Assembly (NCBI RefSeq): GCF_009914755.1
Contig: NC_060925.1
Direction: 5' to 3' (one strand)
From: the human T2T-CHM13v2.0 reference genome, Homo sapiens
Length of the DNA stretch: 64,000 nt
Shown here: in pieces, positions 62,810-64,000 of the stretch
Position numbering within the stretch: position 1 is the first letter of the stretch
Layout: each line of letters opens with the position of its first letter
Position numbers and translations under genes: made by a program
Notes under the pieces: generated by a model
Databases searched by the model: none
Told to the model about the DNA's origin: nothing
The model's input: the letters and a program-made list of their open reading frames with translations, nothing else

Positions 62810-63720
62810 GCGTCCCTTGCCAAGGAGCCAATTATACAAGTGATGAGGAGAATTCAATATGGTGAGATGAATGCGGTGACAGGGACACACAGAGGGCTCT
62901 GGGAACTCAGAGAAGGTGCCAAACCCAAGCTGAAAGGCTCAATCAGGAGAGGCACTGACACTCAGAACAGTTCAGAGGATGAGGCGGGGGATGGCGAGGA
63001 CAAGGAGAAAGAGACAAGCAGGTTTCTGTGCAGAGTAAGCAGGGGCAGATGGGGTGCCTGGCTAGGGCCAGGTCAGGAGCAGAGGCTAAGGAAGAAATGA
63101 GGAACCTGAGGGCAAAGAGTTAAGATCCCAAGTCCTGTGAGAGCTGGCTTGGTCGGCTAGGTTTTAGGATTCAAGGCTGAGGAGGGACATTTGCATCTCA
63201 ACAGGAGGAGAAGCAAAAGGGTCACAGCCCTCCAGTCTCTGAATTACTGTGGGTTGGCTGTACCTACCACAGGATCTATAGGGAAGCACCTACAGTCACC
63301 TGATGTATTCTAGTTAGGGTGTAGAGAGGGATGCTGGCTTTGAGATCCATTTAAGAGGCAGAACTAGATTTGCTGACTATTTACAGATGGAGGATGTCAC
63401 GAAGAGAGGAGGTCAGGCCAATACCCAGGTTTTTGACTCAAGTGCCTGAGTAGATGGTTCTGCCATTCACTCACAAACTGGACTTGGGGATGGAACAGTG
63501 TTGTGCAGGAAGTAGGAAAATGAGTCTGGTCTGGGGGCATCTTGAGTTCAAAGGGCCCATGAGACACCCAGTAAGAAAAGTCCCGTAGGCAGATTGCAGA
63601 ATGCATCTGGATCTCACGAGTCAGGTTGGAGCTGGAGGCAGTAACTGAGAGGAGAGGCAGGCCAAGACTGAATCCTGGGGAGCACCAACATGATGGGAAT
63701 GATAAAGAAGGGCCTGTGAA
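62810..63720 (-). mobile_element. L2 relic fragments
   Basis: gaggcagaactagatttgctga...cccaggtttttgactcaag...ttgagttcaaagggccc. Confidence 0.6.
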
Positions 63721-64000
63721 GGTCCTTCTGGTCCCCCCAGACTCCAGTAACAATATTTCCCTCTTGCTTAGCACACAACCGTGCATGGCCTGCATGGTTT
63801 CCTCAGCCCCAACTTCATTCCCTTAGATGAGCTGCTGGCCAAGGCCCACACACGCCTCCTTTCGGAGCCTGCCTAAGCTAGGACAGCCCTAGCAAGGCAA
63901 GTCACATTCTGCCTGAGGGCCCTGCTCTCCTAAGACTCCACAGCCAAACTTCAGTTTTCTACCTTCCCTGACTCAGCCCTAGTCTTGGGATTGGTGTTGG

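Overview
Primate genomic DNA, most likely human or great ape given the young AluY. No protein-coding exon, tRNA, rRNA or CRISPR array could be supported, and I could not identify the locus. Roughly two-thirds of the window (by eye) is interspersed repeat: 38 Alu/FLAM/FRAM copies (29 minus, 9 plus), old L1M elements, a 5'-truncated L1PA, L2 and MIR relics, ERVL/MaLR solo LTRs, a near full-length Tigger1 and several hAT/mariner relics. The supplied ORFs are repeat-derived or chance frames. I see no new gene system. The best signals are traces of local sequence copying: (1) an Alu at 33975-34301 carrying 52 bp of its neighbouring Alu's 3' flank inside its own TSD, a candidate Alu 3' transduction reinserted beside its parent; (2) a ~170-bp L2 segment copied 1.33 kb upstream into an opposite-strand L2; (3) a younger L1PA 3' end inserted almost at the homologous position of an older L1PA. 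Candidate cis-regulatory modules also stand out: a triple MEF2 cluster at 15251-15471 and an ISG15-type ISRE with four TGACG half-sites at 52.8-53.1 kb. Subfamily names come from recalled consensus sequences and need RepeatMasker/Dfam confirmation. Boundaries of old repeats are approximate.
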